Source: an uncultured Candidatus Rokubacteria bacterium (GTDB taxonomy: Bacteria > Methylomirabilota > Methylomirabilia > Rokubacteriales > CSP1-6). From it: a stretch of 64,000 bases of DNA. This document shows positions 32,001 to 40,914 of the stretch, piece after piece (the first letter of the stretch is position 1; the number at the start of each line of letters is the position of its first letter). Position numbers and translations under genes: made by a program. The notes beneath the pieces were generated by a model. The model did not search any database. It saw only the letters and a program-made list of their open reading frames with translations, and was not told where the DNA came from. The stretch spans positions 864,001 through 928,000 of the forward strand of contig CAVWWD010000008.1 of NCBI GenBank assembly GCA_963758635.1, in the 5' to 3' direction.

Positions 32001-32129
32001 CCCCGCATTTTCCCCCGGAGACGGCCGGTCGGCGAGGCGATCATGGCGTTCGACTTCCACGGGGGTATCGACGAGATCGTGGCGCGGGCGGGGCGGCGAT
32101 GAGCACGCCCCGCCCGTCCGGCGCGACCG

Positions 32130-33116
32130 CTACTTCTTGAGCGCGAACTTCTGGAAGGTGTGCGTGCCCTCGGGGGCGAGCCCGCGGCTCACCGCGAAGG
32201 TCCAGGTGACCTCGCTCACGTAGACGTCGCCGCGGGAGTCCACGGCCAGCCCGTGTGGCGCCGCGAAGCTGCCGGCGGCGGTGGCGTCCGGTCCGCCCCA
32301 GCGGGCCAGGAGCTTCCCGTCCCGGTCGAACACGCTCACGCGGCCCGGGCGCGGCACCGTGATGGGCCCGTGGCGCTGCGAGGTCTGTCCCGTGTGCCAC
32401 CACAGCTCGGACACGTGGGCGCGCCCGCCGGCGTCGAACACGATGTGGGTCGGGCGCTGGGTGTCCGTCCACTCGCTCAGGTACTCGCCGTCGGGGCTGA
32501 AGATCTGGATGCGGTCGTTCTCACGGTCGCACACGAAGACGCGGCCGTCGGCGGCCACCGCGATGCCGTGGGGCAGGTGGAACTGGCCGGGCCCCGTCCC
32601 GGACACGCCCCACGACTGCTTGAGCTCGCCGCCCGACGTGTAGCGGTGGACGCGGCAGTTGCCGTAGCCGTCGGAGATGTAGATGTCGCCCTTCGGCCCG
32701 ATGGCGAGGTTGGTCGGCCGGTTGAACGGCCCGGCGGCCCGCGGGATGTTGATGGAGTCCTTGCCGTCGTAGCCCGTGTCCGACGGCGTGTCCATGGTGC
32801 CGAGGGTCATCAGCAGCTTGCCGTCGGGCGTGAACTGCCGGACCGTGTGGTTGCCGTCGTCGGTGCACCAGACCGTGCCGTTCGGGCCGATCGTGATGCC
32901 GTGCGTGCGGTAGGTGAACTGTCCCTCGCCCCACGAGCTGAGGAAGTTGCCCTTCTGGTCGTAGCGGATGATCGGGTGATCCCCGCGGCAGATCAGGAAC
33001 ACCCGGTCCTCGCCGTCCACCGCCACGCCCGCGACGTCGCGGTGCGCGTACCCCGTGGGGAGCTGCTCCCATCCCTCGACCACCCCGTAGCTCTGCGCGC
33101 CTGACTCTCCCGCCAT
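32130..33116 (-). CDS. NHL-repeat protein (peptidyl-alpha-hydroxyglycine alpha-amidating lyase-like)
   Basis: FNRPTNLA, SDGYGNCRVH, PGQFHLPHGIAV, DRENDRIQIF. Confidence 0.88.
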   Translation of the reverse strand: MAGESGAQSYGVVEGWEQLPTGYAHRDVAGVAVDGEDRVFLICRGDHPIIRYDQKGNFLSSWGEGQFTYRTHGITIGPNGTVWCTDDGNHTVRQFTPDGKLLMTLGTMDTPSDTGYDGKDSINIPRAAGPFNRPTNLAIGPKGDIYISDGYGNCRVHRYTSGGELKQSWGVSGTGPGQFHLPHGIAVAADGRVFVCDRENDRIQIFSPDGEYLSEWTDTQRPTHIVFDAGGRAHVSELWWHTGQTSQRHGPITVPRPGRVSVFDRDGKLLARWGGPDATAAGSFAAPHGLAVDSRGDVYVSEVTWTFAVSRGLAPEGTHTFQKFALKK

Positions 33117-33239
33117 CGTCTCGGCCTCCTGCGCCCGGCGGTTTCCGAGGCTCGTTGCCGGCCGCTCGCGCTGACTATGGGTGACGCGCGCGCCGGCGTC
33201 AAGGCCGCTGCCGCGGCGTGCGGTACAATCTGCGCCGCC

Positions 33240-34031
33240 ATGCTGGTCCGCGCGCTCCTCATCTTCGTGCTCCTGCCCGTGCTGGTGGCGCTCGTGACGT
33301 CGGCCCTGTCCACGGCGGCGCCGCTCGCCGCGGTGCTGCGCCGGCCGTCGCGCGGGCCCGCCCTGCGTTTCGGCGTGGACACGCCCGCCTTCCGCAACGA
33401 CAGCCGCATCCATCACAAGGGCAAGCCGGACCTCTACGCGAACTGGTGCTTCGTGCTCGCGCGCGCCGTCACGCAGTTCCAGCGGTTCGCGCGCTTCGAC
33501 CCGGACGCGCCGCGCGTGGCCGCCGCCGAGTACTCGCGGCTCGTCCGCGAGGTCACACGCCGGGCTCCGTGGCGGGCGCCGCTCCACCCGGAGGACCGGA
33601 TCGTGATCCCGGGCTTCGCCTCCCTCCACGCGCTGACGCGGGCCGAGGAGGCGGCGGTGAAGGCCGGGCTGCGGGGCCGCCTCTGGACGCTGCTGCACCC
33701 CACGAACTGGCGCATCGTGTATCCGCACGTGCGCTCGCACCAGCGGCGCGTCGCCGCCGAGACGGTGTCGGAGCTCCAGGACGGGCGGCCCGTCCAGCTC
33801 TTCATCACCGACTTCCCCGGGCTCGGGCTCGATCATTCCGTGCTCGTGTTCGACTACGCGGTGCGGAGCGCGGACGCTCTCGACCTGATCGTGTACGACC
33901 CGAACGACCCGGGCGCCCCCGGCTGCATCCGCTTCGATCGCGACACGGGCTGGTTCCGTCCTGCGCCGCTCCGCGGCGTGGCGTCGCCGCGCCTGCGCGC
34001 GTTCCGGATGTACTGCTCGCCGCTGATCTGA
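33240..34031 (+). CDS. Hypothetical protein with papain/C39-like Cys-His-Asp motifs
   Basis: Hydrophobic N-terminus; NWCFVL, DHSVLVFDY, VYDPN. Confidence 0.6.
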   Translation: MLVRALLIFVLLPVLVALVTSALSTAAPLAAVLRRPSRGPALRFGVDTPAFRNDSRIHHKGKPDLYANWCFVLARAVTQFQRFARFDPDAPRVAAAEYSRLVREVTRRAPWRAPLHPEDRIVIPGFASLHALTRAEEAAVKAGLRGRLWTLLHPTNWRIVYPHVRSHQRRVAAETVSELQDGRPVQLFITDFPGLGLDHSVLVFDYAVRSADALDLIVYDPNDPGAPGCIRFDRDTGWFRPAPLRGVASPRLRAFRMYCSPLI

Positions 34032-34112
34032 CCGCGCCGTCCTTGACACCGCGCCGCGCGCGGGCAGAGAATCCGCGCGTCGCCTCACGTCTCTCACTCG
34101 AAGGAGGACACC

Positions 34113-34430
34113 ATGCTCGCGATCTGGGTGAAGGTGAAGATCAAGCCGGACCAGCGGAAGCGGTTCCTGGACGCCATCGAGGCCGACGCGCTCGGCTCCG
34201 AGCGCGACGAGCCGGGCTGTCTCCGATTCAACGTGCTCCAGGACGAGCAGGACGAGAACGTCTACTACTTCTACGAGGTCTACAAGGACCAGGCGGCGCT
34301 CGAGGCGCACCGCGCCGCCCCGCACTACGCGATCTGGCGCGCCGCCGCCGACACCCTCGACGGTCCCACCGCGCCCACGCGCTGCAAGCCCGTCTTCCCG
34401 GCCGACCGCCCCTACTGGGGGAAGGTGTGA
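34113..34430 (+). CDS. Antibiotic biosynthesis monooxygenase / LsrG-like protein
   Basis: RBS AAGGAGG; EPGCLRFNVLQD, FYEVYKD, AHRAAPHY. Confidence 0.88.
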   Translation: MLAIWVKVKIKPDQRKRFLDAIEADALGSERDEPGCLRFNVLQDEQDENVYYFYEVYKDQAALEAHRAAPHYAIWRAAADTLDGPTAPTRCKPVFPADRPYWGKV

Positions 34431-34435
34431 TCGAC

Positions 34436-34559
34436 CCCCTCTCCCCTCCGCGTCTGGGAGAGGGGAGGGTGAGGGGCGGTCGACACGAGCACGCCGGGTC
34501 GCCGCTGAGGTCGTGCGACGGCCCCTCACCCCGGCCCTCTCCCCGGAGGGGAGAGGGGG
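34436..34559. repeat. Inverted pair of palindromic CCCTCACCC..CCCTCTCCC..GGGAGAGGG REP-like units
   Basis: CCCCTCTCCCCTCCGCGTCTGGGAGAGGGGAGGGTGAGGGG and CCCCTCACCCCGGCCCTCTCCCCGGAGGGGAGAGGGG between convergent genes. Confidence 0.75.
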
Positions 34560-34568
34560 CAGCGGAAG

Positions 34569-35132
34569 CTAGCGCTGGCCGAGGGCGCGGTTCGCGAGCT
34601 CGACGGTCTGCTTGTCCACGTCGAAGCGGCGCGTCTGCTTGGTCTCGACGTCGCCGCCCGTCACGCGGATGAAGAACGTGTCGTCGCCGAACTCGATGGA
34701 GTGGATGTCGCCCACCGCGAAGACGGCGGCGTGGCCGGGCTCGTTCAGGAATTCCTTCTGGAGCGTGACCTCGGCGTGGCCGGGCCGGCTGCCGTCGTCG
34801 AGGCGCCGCCAGCGCCGCATGAGCGTGGGGTTCTTGTAGTTGCCGTAGATGACCCAGCACGGGCCGTGGTCGTGCACGGACGACTTCGACCCCTTCTCGC
34901 GCCCGTGGACGAGCACGTGAACGTCGGTCACCGGATCGTGGCCGATCGTCGTGCGCTCGCGGTAGGGCGGGGGATCGCCGAGGTGCTTGGTGAGGAGCTC
35001 CGGGTTGTGCAGGAGCTTCTCCAGGTGGTCGCGGATCTCGGCGAGCCCGGACGGCACGCCCTTGGTCTGGATGGTGGCGCGCGTGTCGGCGAGGAACTGG
35101 TCGAGGGTGTAGGACGTGGCGTCGTTGGGCAT
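34569..35132 (-). CDS. Cupin-fold protein, cysteine dioxygenase-like
   Basis: SVHDHGPCWVIYG ... GDIHSI (three-His cupin pattern); RBS AAGGAGG. Confidence 0.65.
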   Translation of the reverse strand: MPNDATSYTLDQFLADTRATIQTKGVPSGLAEIRDHLEKLLHNPELLTKHLGDPPPYRERTTIGHDPVTDVHVLVHGREKGSKSSVHDHGPCWVIYGNYKNPTLMRRWRRLDDGSRPGHAEVTLQKEFLNEPGHAAVFAVGDIHSIEFGDDTFFIRVTGGDVETKQTRRFDVDKQTVELANRALGQR

Positions 35133-35153
35133 GCGCTCCTCCTTTTCGAGACT

Positions 35154-35549
35154 CTATCCGGCGGGCGTGAACATCGGCACCGGCGGGCCACCGTCCGAGG
35201 GCTTGAAGGTGACCGCGACGCGCTGCCCGATGCGGATCGCGTCCAGGTCGCAGTCGACGATGTTGGTGAGCATCGTCGGCCCTTCCTCGAGCGTCACGTA
35301 GGCGATGGCGTACGGCGCCTCCGCCCGCTTCATCACGCTGAACGAGTAGACGGTCCCGCGCCCCGAGGCCTGGCGCCATTCCGTCCGGTCGCTCATGCAG
35401 AAGGGGCAGAGGGTGCGCGGATAGAAGTGCGGCTGGTTGCACGCGGCGCAGGTCTTGATCATGAGCTGGCCCTTGGCCGCGGCGTCCCAGAAGGGCTTGG
35501 TCTCGGGGTTGACCGGCGGCGCCGGGATCACGCGCTCCTTGGCGGCCAT
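35154..35549 (-). CDS. Zn-ribbon/OB-fold protein (DUF35 family)
   Basis: PFWDAA, CAAC..YPR..CPFC, GRGTVYSFSV, EEGPTMLTNIV. Confidence 0.9.
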   Translation of the reverse strand: MAAKERVIPAPPVNPETKPFWDAAAKGQLMIKTCAACNQPHFYPRTLCPFCMSDRTEWRQASGRGTVYSFSVMKRAEAPYAIAYVTLEEGPTMLTNIVDCDLDAIRIGQRVAVTFKPSDGGPPVPMFTPAG

Positions 35550-35553
35550 GGCG

Positions 35554-36724
35554 TCACTCCCTCTCCATGATGACGGTGGCGCTGCCATGCCGGGTCCCCA
35601 GCGAGCCCCCGGTGCCGTGGGCGAGAGCCACATCGCAGTTCTTCACCTGCACCTTCGGATGGGCCTCGCCGCGGAGCTGGCGGACCGCCTCCACCACCTT
35701 GGTCAGCCCGCCCCGGTTCGCCGGGTGGTTGTTGCAGAGCCCGCCGCCGTCCGTGTTGAAGGGGAGCTTTCCCGTTCCCGAGATCAAATTGCCGTCGGCG
35801 ACCAGCTTGCCGCCCTGGCCCTTGGCCGCGAAGCCGAGGTCCTCGAGCTGAATCAGCACGGTGATCGTGAAGCTGTCGTAGATCGACACGTACTTGATGT
35901 CCGACGGCTTCACGCCCGCCTCGGCGAAGGCGATGGGGCCCGACTGCGCGGCGCCGGAGTACGTGAGGTCCACGCGCCCGCCCATCTGGTGCTTCACCGC
36001 CTCGCCGCAGCCGAGCACGCGCACGCGCGGCCGCGACAGCCGGCGCGCCACGTCGGGGCTCACCACCACGATGGCGCCGCCGCCGTCGGTGATCACGCAG
36101 CAGTCGAGGCGGTGGAGCGGCGAGGCGATGATCGGGGAATTCACGACCTCCTCCACCGTGACCACGTCGCGGAGGAGCGCGTGCGGGTTGTGCTGGGCGT
36201 GGTGCGACGCCGCGACCTTGATCCACGCGAGCTGCTCGCTGGTGGTGCCGAACTCGTGCATGTGCCGCTGCGCGCACATCGCGTACTGGTTCACCACGGT
36301 GGGCCCGTACGGGAACTCGAAGCCAACGTCCGGCGGCCCCGCGCCGGGGTTGCGTGGCGCCGTGCCGGTGGCCATGCCCTCGGCCCGCGGCCGGCCGGCC
36401 AGCGTGATCAGGGCGACCTCGCACTTGCCGAGCGCGATGGCCTGCGCGGCGTGCCCCACGTGGACCAGGTACGAGGACCCGCCGGTCTCCGTGGTGTCGA
36501 AGTGCCGGAGCTTGAGCCCCATGTAGTCGGCCAGGGACAGCGGGCCCAGGCCGGGCGCGTCGCCCGCGCAGTAGTACGCGTCGAACGTCCTGCTTGCCGA
36601 GCCCGGCGTCCTGGAGCGCGCCCAGGGCCGACTCCGCGTGGAGCTGCGCGAGGGACTTGTCGTCCGCCTTCCGGGTCGGGTGCTCGTAGATGCCGGCGAT
36701 GTAGGCCTTGCCCTTGATGCTCAT
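35554..36724 (-). CDS. Thiolase-domain (SCP-x-type) protein
   Basis: YEHPTRKA, DCCVITDGGGA, IYDSFTITV, NTDGGGL, EAVRQLRG. Frameshift near 36585. Confidence 0.88.
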
Positions 36725-36745
36725 GTGCGCGGGTTCCTCGCTCAG

Positions 36746-36853
36746 GGGGTTGGAGTGCGAACGGTCCGAGGCATGACCGCGACCATGGTACCCGAACTGC
36801 CGGTTGGTGAGCGATCGGGCCGAGGCGCGGCCGCGACCATGGTACCCGAACTC
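36746..36853. repeat. Degenerate 54-bp tandem duplication upstream of the thiolase gene
   Basis: Identical 22-bp core CCGCGACCATGGTACCCGAACT at 36777 and 36831, with alignable flanks. Confidence 0.8.
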
Positions 36854-37483
36854 AGGGGCCGACGCCGAGGCTCGCCATGTAGTGCGCGAGGTCCTCGATG
36901 TCCGCCTCGGTGAGCGTCTGGGCGATCGCGGTCATCTGGCCGTCGAGGTCGCTCGTCGTCTTGTCCTTGTAGCCGCGCAGCCGGCGCCGCAGGTAGTCGA
37001 GATCCTGGCCGGCGAGCCGCCCCACCGCTTGCTGCCCCATCAGCGTGGGGCCGTGGCACGAGGTGCAGTGCAGCGCGGGGGCGAGACGGGCGCCCGCGGC
37101 GACGCGGGCGGGATCGGTCGCGGCGGGCCGGGCGACGGCCTTCTGGGCGGCGTAGTGCGCGGACAGATCCGCCATGTCCGCGTCGGTGAGCCGCTCGGCG
37201 AACGGCGTCATCTGCGGATCCTTGCGGCGCCCGTCGCGGTACATGATCAGCTGCCAGTGGGTGTAGAAGACCGGCATCGCCGAGATCGACGGCATGCCGG
37301 GGATGGTGGCATTGCCGCCCGGGCCGTGGCACGCCGCGCACACCTCGGCCTTCTTCCGTCCGGCCTCCAGGTCGGCGGCGGTGGCCGCGCCGGCCCCGAC
37401 GCATCCGATGAGCAGCGCCGCGATGAGTTGGCGACAGGCGCGGCCCGGCGAAAGCGGGCGAACCGTGACGTGAGTTGACGCAT
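36852..37483 (-). CDS. Di-heme cytochrome c (c4-like)
   Basis: CAACH and CTSCH motifs, signal peptide; probable frameshift in the 5' end. Confidence 0.88.
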
Positions 37484-37538
37484 GGTGCGGGCGGGCGAAG
37501 CCCGGGTGCCCGCACCCGGTGATCGTCAACCGGGTCCG

Positions 37539-38744
37539 TTACGGCCCGTACGTCACCCGGTAGATGGCGCCCGCGTAGTCGTCGGCGATCAGCAGCGAGC
37601 CGTCCTTCATCTGGCGCGTGTAGACCGGCCGCCCCCAGACCTGGTCACCCTGCAGCCAGCCCTCGGCGAATACCTCGTAGCGCGGCACGTCGCCGGGGCG
37701 CAGCGTCACCATCATCACGCGGAAGCCGATCTTCTGCGTCCGGTTCCACGAGCCGCGCTGGGTCAGGAAGGCGCGGTTCTTGTACTCGGCGGGGAACATC
37801 GAGCCCGTGTAGAACTCAACGCCGTTGCCCGCCACGTGGGGCCCCGTCTTGATGAGGGGCGGCGCGAACTCGCCGCAGCTCCGCTCCTTGCCGAACTCGG
37901 GATCGGGGATGTCGCCCTGGTGGCAGTACGGAAAGCCGAAGTGCAGGCCCTTCTTCGGCGCGTGGTCGAAGCGGTCGCTGGGCACGTCCTCCCCCAGCCA
38001 GTCGCGGGCGTGGGTCGTGAAGTAGAGCTCCTTGGTCGCCGGGTGCCAGTCGAAGCCCACGCTGTTGCGAACGCCGTGCGCCCAGTACTCGAAGCCGGTC
38101 CCGTCCGCGTTCACGCGCGAGATGTTCGCGTGCGTGTCAGGCGGGATGCAGATGTTGCAAGGCGCCCCGATGTTGAAGTAAAGCTTCCCCTCCGGTCCGA
38201 AGGCCAGGTACTTCCAGCCGTGCGGGGCATCCTTGGGGAGCGTCTCGTACACCACGGTGGCGGCGGGTGGGCTGTCGAGCTTGTCCTCGATGCCGTCCAT
38301 CTTCGTGATGCGGTGGATCTCCGCGATGTAGAGTGTGCCGTTCCTGAAGGCGACGCCGTTGGGCTGGTTGAGGCCCTTGGCGATCGTCTTCACCTCGCGA
38401 CTGGCGCCGCGATCGACGACGGCGTACACGTTGCCGGCCACGCGGCTCGACACGAACAGCGTGCCCTTGTCGCCCCACGTCATCGCCCGGGCGTTGTTGA
38501 TCCCGTGCGCCCACAGGCTCACCTTGAACCCCGGCGGCACCTTGATCTTGTCCACCGGGATCTCGCCCGGGGCCTTGGGCGCGGGCGGCTGGGCGATGGG
38601 GGCGAGAGGCGAGCTGGCCATGTCGGCCGGCTGGCCCTGCTTCCACGGCGGAGGCGCCGGCTGCTGGGCGGACGCGGGCATGAACCACAGGGTCAGGGCG
38701 CCGACCAGGAACGAAGCGAGGACGATCGCGACGATGCGCCGCAT
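37539..38744 (-). CDS. PQQ-dependent sugar / L-sorbosone dehydrogenase family, secreted
   Basis: Signal peptide; PHGWKYLAFGP, GAPCNIC, GVRNSVGFDW, QRGSWNR. Confidence 0.9.
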   Translation of the reverse strand: MRRIVAIVLASFLVGALTLWFMPASAQQPAPPPWKQGQPADMASSPLAPIAQPPAPKAPGEIPVDKIKVPPGFKVSLWAHGINNARAMTWGDKGTLFVSSRVAGNVYAVVDRGASREVKTIAKGLNQPNGVAFRNGTLYIAEIHRITKMDGIEDKLDSPPAATVVYETLPKDAPHGWKYLAFGPEGKLYFNIGAPCNICIPPDTHANISRVNADGTGFEYWAHGVRNSVGFDWHPATKELYFTTHARDWLGEDVPSDRFDHAPKKGLHFGFPYCHQGDIPDPEFGKERSCGEFAPPLIKTGPHVAGNGVEFYTGSMFPAEYKNRAFLTQRGSWNRTQKIGFRVMMVTLRPGDVPRYEVFAEGWLQGDQVWGRPVYTRQMKDGSLLIADDYAGAIYRVTYGP

Positions 38745-38945
38745 GGTGAGCCTCCCTGTCGAGTCCGATACGTGGGCGGTTACGCGAGGCGCGGGCCTTC
38801 GCGGGCGAACGATACGTCCGCCGTCGACAGCATGTCAAGGACCGCACCCGCCGCGCTCTGACCGGGGTGATCGCGCGCCCGCGCCCTGTATCCCGGGTCT
38901 GACGGTCTGGTCCGCCGGCGTGCCGTGCCGTACGATGACGGCGCG

Positions 38946-40885
38946 ATGGACGTGGAGCCGGCCGGACGCCTCGTGGAGGGACTCGACCTCGCCGCGGGGC
39001 TCGCCCGGCTCGGGTACCGCGAGTTCCGGCCCGGCCAGCGCGAGGCGATCGAGACGCTCCTCGGGCACGGCCGGCTCCTCCTCGTGGCGCCCACCGGGGG
39101 TGGCAAGAGCCTCACGTATCAGCTCCCCGCGACCCTCTGGCCCGGCACGTCGCTCGTGGTTTCCCCGCTGATCTCCCTGATGCACGATCAGGTGCAGGCG
39201 CTCGCCGCGCGCGGCGTGGCCGCGACCTTCCTCGCCTCCACGCTCGAAAGCGGCGAGATACGCCGGCGGATGGGCCGGATGGCCGCGGGCGCGTACCGAC
39301 TCGTGTACGTGGCGCCGGAACGTCTGACCTTCCCCGGCTTTCGCGCGCTCCTTGCCGACCTCGACTGCCCGCTGGTCGCGGTGGACGAGGCGCACTGCAT
39401 CAGCGAGTGGGGTCACGACTTCCGCCCGGAGTACATGGAGATCGGCGCGCTGCTCGCCGCCTTGCCCGGGGCGCGCGTGCTCGCGTGCACGGCCACCGCC
39501 ACGCCGGTGGTGCGCGACGAGATCGTCTCGCGGCTGGGCCTGCCCGCCGACACGCCCCAGGTCGTGCGGGGCTTCGCGCGCCCGAACCTCTCCCTGCGCG
39601 CGGTCGAGGTGTCGGGCGCGCGCGAGGCGCGGAGCGTGGTGGATGCCGCGCTCGCCGAGGCGCTCGGCGGGCCGGGCGGGGCGCGGGGCACCGCCATCGT
39701 CTACGCGCCGACCCGGCGGCGGGCGGAAGAGGAGGCGGAGCGCCTCGCCGGGGCCGGCTGGCGCGTCCGCGTCTATCACGCCGGGCTCTCGCCCGCGGAG
39801 CGGGATCGGGCGCAGCGGGACTTCGCCGAGGGTCGCGCCGAGATCGTCACCGCCACCAACGCGTTCGGCATGGGCATCGACCGCGCCGACGTGCGCGCCG
39901 TGGTCCACGTGGGTCCGCCGGGCTCGCTCGAGGCGTACTACCAGGAGGTGGGGCGGGCCGGGCGCGACGGCGACGACGCCCTCGGGCTTCTCCTCGTGTC
40001 CCCGCGGGACCTGCCGCTCCGGCGCGCGCTCCTGGAGCGCGGCGGCGAGGGCGCGCCGCCCGATCCGGCGCTCGTCGAGCATCGCTGGAGCATGTTCCTC
40101 GAGGTGATCCGCTGGGTGGAGGGCGGGAGCTGCCGGCACGACGCGATCCTCAGATACTTCGGCGACGAGGCCGAGACCCTCGCGGGCTGCGGGCGCTGCG
40201 ATACCTGCCGCGCGCTGGAGGCCGGCGGCGAGGCGGGCCGCGACCCCGCCGAGGTCGCGCTGATCGTGCGCAAGGCCCTGTCCGGGGTGGCGCGCGTGCA
40301 CGGCCGCTTCGGTCTGCAGATGGCGCTCAAGCTCATCCACGGTGACGCCGATCCGCGGCTCGAGCAGAGCGGACTCACGCAGGTCCAGACGTGGGGGAAC
40401 CTCCGCGAGCATCCGGAGGCGTGGCTGCTGAGAGTGCTGCGCCGCTGCGTGACCGCGGGGTGGGTGAGCTTCTCGGGCGCGGATCGGCCGGTCGTGGTGC
40501 TGACCGAGGAGGGGCGCGCGGTGATGAGGGGCGAGCGCCCCGCGCGGCTCCTCCTGCCGTCCGCCGGCGGCGGCGGGCGGCGCGCGGCCGCGCCGCGGGA
40601 CCGGACCGCGCCGAAGCGCGTCGCGGAGCTGGCCGCCGCGCCGGGAGACGGGCGGCGAGGACCTCTTCCAGGCGCTCCGGCGAGAGCGCCTCAGGCTGGC
40701 CGGCGAGGAACGCGTCCCCACCTACGTCATCGCCAGCGATCGCACGCTGCCGGGACATCGTCGCCTTGCGGCCGCGGACGCTCGACGAGCTGCGCCTGGC
40801 CCACGGCATCGGCCCCCACAAGGCCGAGCGCCACGGCGCCCACTGGCTCGCGATCGTCGCCGGCGCCCGCAAAGACGGTACCTGA
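38946..40885 (+). CDS. recQ: RecQ family ATP-dependent DNA helicase
   Basis: APTGGGKSL, VDEAHCISEWGHDFRP, TATA, YYQEVGRAGRDG, Zn motif CR..CGRCDTC, RQC. HRDC domain interrupted by frameshifts near 40650-40750. Confidence 0.92.
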
Positions 40886-40914
40886 CCTCCCCGCCAGGCA
40901 GCCCGGATCGACCG

